A stretch of 64,000 nt of DNA from Eledone cirrhosa (Eukaryota): NCBI GenBank assembly GCA_964016885.1, contig OZ024741.1, positions 117,242,001 through 117,306,000 on the forward strand, written 5' to 3'. Made by a program: the position numbers and the translations under genes. Below are positions 58,210 through 64,000 of this stretch, in pieces (the first letter of the stretch is position 1; the number at the start of each line of letters is the position of its first letter). The notes under the pieces were generated by a model. That model did not search any database, was not told the DNA's origin, and worked only from the letters and a program-made list of their open reading frames with translations.

Positions 58210-60208
58210 TTAATGAAATAGATGTTCTTTTGATCAATTAAATTTTATTATACATATTTTAGAGGTACAACAGTACGTCCTCATCAGACAAAATATAAAG
58301 ATACATGACATACCCTGAGATGTTAAATGGTTAAGATTTAATCAAGGTGTAGTGATTAACCTATGAGAAAACTCTACATGTATACCCTAATAATGACAAA
58401 ATGCGAAAACGTGATAAATTCAGTAGAGAATGTATGAGTAAGCAAAACGTTGCATAATGTAACAGTTATAGAGATTTTAAAATGTGGGATACTACAAATT
58501 ATGGTTATCGAGGAAGAAATCACTGGAATTATAATTTTATTACAGTTTATGAAGGCAACTGATAGATGCTTAAAGAGAGGGAGAGATAAAGGGGAGTAAT
58601 TTATGCAGAAAAAAATGTTTTCCCCTTAAGGATTAAACGGTTAAGTTTCAAAATATTTCATTTATGTTATTTAAGGGTGAAGAATAAAAATTTGAGTTTT
58701 TAAAAGTTGATGATTATTTATATTTATTAATTTAATAAATTTAATAAATTTTTAAAAGTGTTACATTTCTAAAATTCCGAATTTAATGAAAACAAAGTTA
58801 AAGGATTTACTTGGCCCGCAAAAGGAAAATTTACACTGTTGAATATTCTCTTAAAATGTAATCTTTAACAAAAGTTACCTGTAAGAGTGTCAACATTTTC
58901 GGTATGTAAAGCTTATGAAGTACTTATTGTTAGAAATATCGAAAAATGTATTGTCAAGTAGATACATTGTTTAAAGTGTAATGATTAACGCATAGTTTTC
59001 AGCCATATATATACACATATATATGTGTGCAATTATCGTAATAAATTAATATTTATTATATTATATTAAATCACTATATTAGTTCTACCTTTATGGGAGG
59101 AAAGAACTCTAAATAATAAATGTGTTATTGTACAATATATCTATATTTGCACAAACTATTTATAGCGTTAAACCGAAACGGTAATTATGATAAAGTTATT
59201 GTACACTATAGATATAGATGCAAAAAACCAAAAGCTGAGATATACGTGACTAATAATATGATTATGTTATTATACAATATACACATAATTGCAAAAATAA
59301 ATTTGGTATAGAGAGATATACTAAGTATTAATGAGACAGCATACTTTTGGTGAATGATAACGATTATAATCTTATATAATAGATTCAAACATGCGAAAGT
59401 TAAATACATACATATATATAAAAGTGTGTAAACGCATGAATGATTCACAGTTCAAAATAAGGTCCGCAAAAATTTACAGGTTGGATTTTTTAACTATATT
59501 TAAAACATAAATAGATAAATAAAGGTAGGTATATTTAAAAACATGCAAAACTTGAATACATACATATATATAAATAAAGGAGTGTAAACGCATGAATGAT
59601 TCACAGTTTGAAATAAGTTCCATAAAAATTTACAGGCTGGATATTTGAACTATATTTAAAACATGGATAGAAAAATAAAGGTAGAGAAATAACGGTATGG
59701 ATCAAAGTTAATAATATTATTTTATGTATATCAACGTGTCAGCATGTTATTAAACAAGTCTCATTCAATCAAACGTTATTTCTTCTATACATAGTTATAA
59801 GATAAAGCAATATCACAGGCCATTAAGATTTTCAACTGTTGATTATGTAGGTCTAAAGACCAAGTTTAGTGTCCTAGTGTTTTTCCCTGGTCTTATGGGA
59901 GGCTTGAAATGTAGACAAAGCTTTATGAAGGCAATTAGAGAATAATTCACTTTTTTTGTTAATTAAGGTCTCATAATTATTAATAATCAACAGGGTCTCC
60001 AATGTACAAAGCGCGCAGTTACTTGATATACTTGAGTTGCGGTAAACTCCACTATTCCGAAGTTTTGTCCAAAAAATTGAGTACTTTAAATTCTCTTTTA
60101 ATGACCATCCATATAAGCTGTGAAACTACTGTAAACCTCATTCTACCGTAAAACTCAGTCTATTGTAAAACTCATTCGTTGATGTACTCATTGAATCTTG
60201 TTTAACTC
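58210..60208 (-). mobile_element. 5'-truncated Penelope-like element: GIY-YIG C-terminus, long 3' region, degenerate HHR
   Basis: Coding remnant (next feature); CTGATGAG-GACGTAC-TGTT-GTACCTC at ~58287-58262 with a mutated GAAA; ~155 bp internal duplication at ~59400-59685. Extent inferred. Confidence 0.55.
59874..60113 (-). pseudogene. Penelope GIY-YIG endonuclease C-terminal remnant
   Basis: Hand translation YGWSLKENLKYSIFWTKL...CALCTLETLLII...LINKKSELFSNCLHK...* matches the W.LK..Y.I.W / CxLCxxE / LxNKxSE..xxCxH signature of PLE endonucleases. Confidence 0.75.
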
Positions 60209-60211
60209 TTT

Positions 60212-61078
<867 letters not shown>

Positions 61079-61502
61079 TTATATATATATATATATAGAT
61101 ATATATATAATATATATATATATATATAATATATATATATATATATAATATATATATATATATAATATATATAATATATATATATAATATATATATATAT
61201 ATATAATATATATATATATATATAATATATAATATATATATAATATATAATATATATATAATATATAATATATATATAATATGTAATATATATATAATAT
61301 ATAATATATAATATATATATAATATATATATAATATATAATATATATATAATATATAATATATATATAATATATATATAATATATAATATATATATAATA
61401 TAATATATATATATATAATATATATATATATAATATATATATATATAATATATATATATATATAATATATATATATATATAATATATATATATATAATAT
61501 AT

Positions 61503-61548
<46 letters not shown>

Positions 61549-61556
61549 GAACAGAT

Positions 61557-61611
<55 letters not shown>

Positions 61612-61922
61612 ATTATATATATATATTATATATATATATTATATATATATATATATATAATATATATATATATATAATATATATATATAATATATATATA
61701 ATATATATATATATAATATATATAATATATATATATATAATATATATATATATAATATATATATATAATATATATACATATAATATATATATATATATAA
61801 TATATATATAATATATATATATAATATATATATATAATATATATATATAATATATATAATATATATATATAATATATATATATAATATATATATATAATA
61901 TATATATATAATATATATATAT
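61079..61922. repeat. (TA)n-derived AT-only minisatellite with a short (CA)n
   Basis: Direct inspection. Confidence 0.95.
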
Positions 61923-62058
61923 AATTGTTTCTACTTTAGGCACAAGGCCAGCAATTACCCAGTGCATTACTGGTACTTTATTTTATCGACCCCGTAAGGA
62001 TGAAAGGCAAAGTCAACCTCGGCGGGATTTGAACTCAGATCGTAAAGGGACGTAACTA
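61923..62058 (-). mobile_element. tRNA-derived SINE, 5'-truncated
   Basis: Nearly identical to 27711-27843. Confidence 0.9.
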
Positions 62059-62066
62059 TATATATA

Positions 62067-62156
<90 letters not shown>

Positions 62157-62446
62157 CTGTTCGTGTGTAAACAAATGTACAAATACCAATACAGAAACAC
62201 ACACATATTTGCTATTGAGACGGTAAAAGCTCAACCGTAAGTCAAAGAATCTCTATAATAATACCTACGTTCTGTGCATTAATTGTCAATGTGCTTAATT
62301 AATTAATTAATTAATTAATTATACATAACAGAATGCATTGTACATAACCTAATGTTTATAAAACGTTTTCTTAAAGATTATACGTCTTGCTGAGATATGC
62401 AAATATTTAGATGTCTCTGTGGCAGAAAGATGCTAGTATTATTCGG

Positions 62447-62660
62447 AAGGCGGTGGGTTAAGAGAGTCTTTAGAGCGTCAGACAAATGTTTAGCAGTATT
62501 TGTTTCCACTCATTATGTTCAAAGCTCAAATCTTTGACGTTATCTTTGCCTGTCATTCTTCTGAGGTCGATAAAATGATGAAGTGGTCAAATACTGGGAT
62601 TGATATAATCGATGTTACATTTGCTCAAAATTGCTGGGTTTGTTCCAAAAGTAGAAACCA
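62447..62660 (+). mobile_element. tRNA-derived SINE, diverged
   Basis: aggcggtgggttaagagagtc.ttag...tttgcctgtcattcttctgaggtcgataaaat...ccaaaagtagaaac. Confidence 0.7.
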
Positions 62661-63269
62661 CTATTCTGGAAATTCATTAAAAAAACAAAACAATAAAACA
62701 ACAACAACAACAACAACAAAAACAACTGAACTATAATTTCTGCTCATGTATATAGTCTCAGAAATTGGAGCCACGAGCTTATAGCTCTTTTAAACCGTGC
62801 CGGAAAGCTTTCAAACCTAGAACAGCTAAAATATATTTTAATGATGTATAGCTTTACTTGTGGATAACGTGTATTTGTAAATGCATTTTCTTCACTTGTC
62901 AACTGATTTGCTGATAATAAGCTCTGTCGCTAGATATAACTTAAACTGTATAAATACATCTTTCCTTTAAAAATATAGTTTTCCTATGTATAGCCTCATT
63001 ATAAATGAAGCTTTAGGTGAGTAGTTTGTATATAAATACCTGCATCCGAAGATTATAGCGAACAAGGGAAGCCACTTCACAATCATCGGATCGGATGATA
63101 AAAATTCGATCAATAGTGTTCCCCATAACTGTGAAAGTGGAAGAAGTTCGGAGAACATTCGCAGCTATGGTAATTGGTCCGCTTGTAAAATTCCCGGCAA
63201 TACAAACCAGCTAGCACAGTTATTTCAAGATACCGGAAGAACATTTGTACCGATATATTCTTAAAGATA

Positions 63270-63372
63270 TAGTTTCTACTTTTGGCACAAGGCCAGCGAT
63301 TACCCCAGTGCACCACTGGTACTTTATATTTATCGACTTCGTAAGGATGAAAGGCAAAGTTAACCTCGACGG
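63270..63372 (-). mobile_element. SINE 3' half with apparent TSD gatatattcttaaagatat
   Basis: Same family; 19 bp direct repeat at ~63252 and ~63372. Confidence 0.8.
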
Positions 63373-63589
63373 ATATATTCTTAAAGATATGACATTACAT
63401 TGGAAAATTGTGCAGGATAACGTTCCATGTCATTTTGCAATGTCGTTCAAACATTAGAAAAATGAAAAGATATAGTATGTCATAGTTTAGTCAGCTCAGT
63501 ATCCGGACGTAAATCATATTAAAATATGTGAGGTTGAGAGGCATTTGATTAATATATAATGATATAATATAAACAAAAGGTTAATAGTA

Positions 63590-64000
63590 AGGCAACGAGG
63601 AGAAACAGAGACTCTGGAAAAGCGAACTTAAAATGCCTTAACATATCCTACAAAAAAATTGAATCATGTGCAGCAGGTAGAGTGGGCTGGAGAAATACCA
63701 TTTAGAATGGAGTTAAAGTATTTGAAATGAAGAGGGTAAAACATGCAGAACTGAAAAGAAAAGTGCCGAAGAACGAGACCAACAATAATAATGATGAATC
63801 TTATCCAGCGTTGGTTTTCAAATCCCCTTGCGCCCTAAAGTCTGCCTTTTGAACGCTGGCTTGAAGTCACACCAACGAGCACGTGATGGTAAAGTCCAAG
63901 TTGATTATTCAAAATCCGTTGCAAAGAATCAGTTCTAGTGCCGTGTTTGTTAGAAAATTTGCAAATCAGATGGTGTATTAAAGCGACATCTGAAGATACA
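63590..64000 (+). mobile_element. RTE 3' fragment with tandem C2H2 fingers (runs off the window)
   Basis: KANLK...AAGRVGWR...VFEMKR..AELKR; AGLKSHQR; CRVC*KICKSDGVLKRHLKI. Confidence 0.75.

Overview
AT-rich, microsatellite-saturated eukaryotic DNA. The abundant tRNA-derived SINE family and the repeat landscape suggest a cephalopod (probably octopus); this is inference. No host protein-coding gene can be supported: nearly all short ORFs are translations of (TA)n, (CA)n, (GA)n, (CCA)n or (GATA)n tracts. The rest is a transposon mosaic: two decayed DD37D Tc1/mariner elements, two Helitrons, a near full-length Tx1/L1-clade LINE between (GATA)n tracts, a 5'-truncated R4/Dong-like RLE retrotransposon with an intact ORF in (AAT)n, several RTE LINEs with tandem C-terminal C2H2 fingers, a Penelope GIY-YIG fragment and about 20 SINE copies. 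The most notable hidden layer is a set of short non-coding elements sitting in (TA)n tracts. They carry type I hammerhead ribozyme (HHR) motifs (about 8 well-formed, several degenerate) and fold-back or tandem-plus-inverted architecture, consistent with Penelope pseudo-LTR remnants or retrozyme-like units. Their cores repeatedly show a non-canonical 10.1/11.1 position, and one shows a U3-A8 covariation. All coordinates and structures were read by eye and are approximate.
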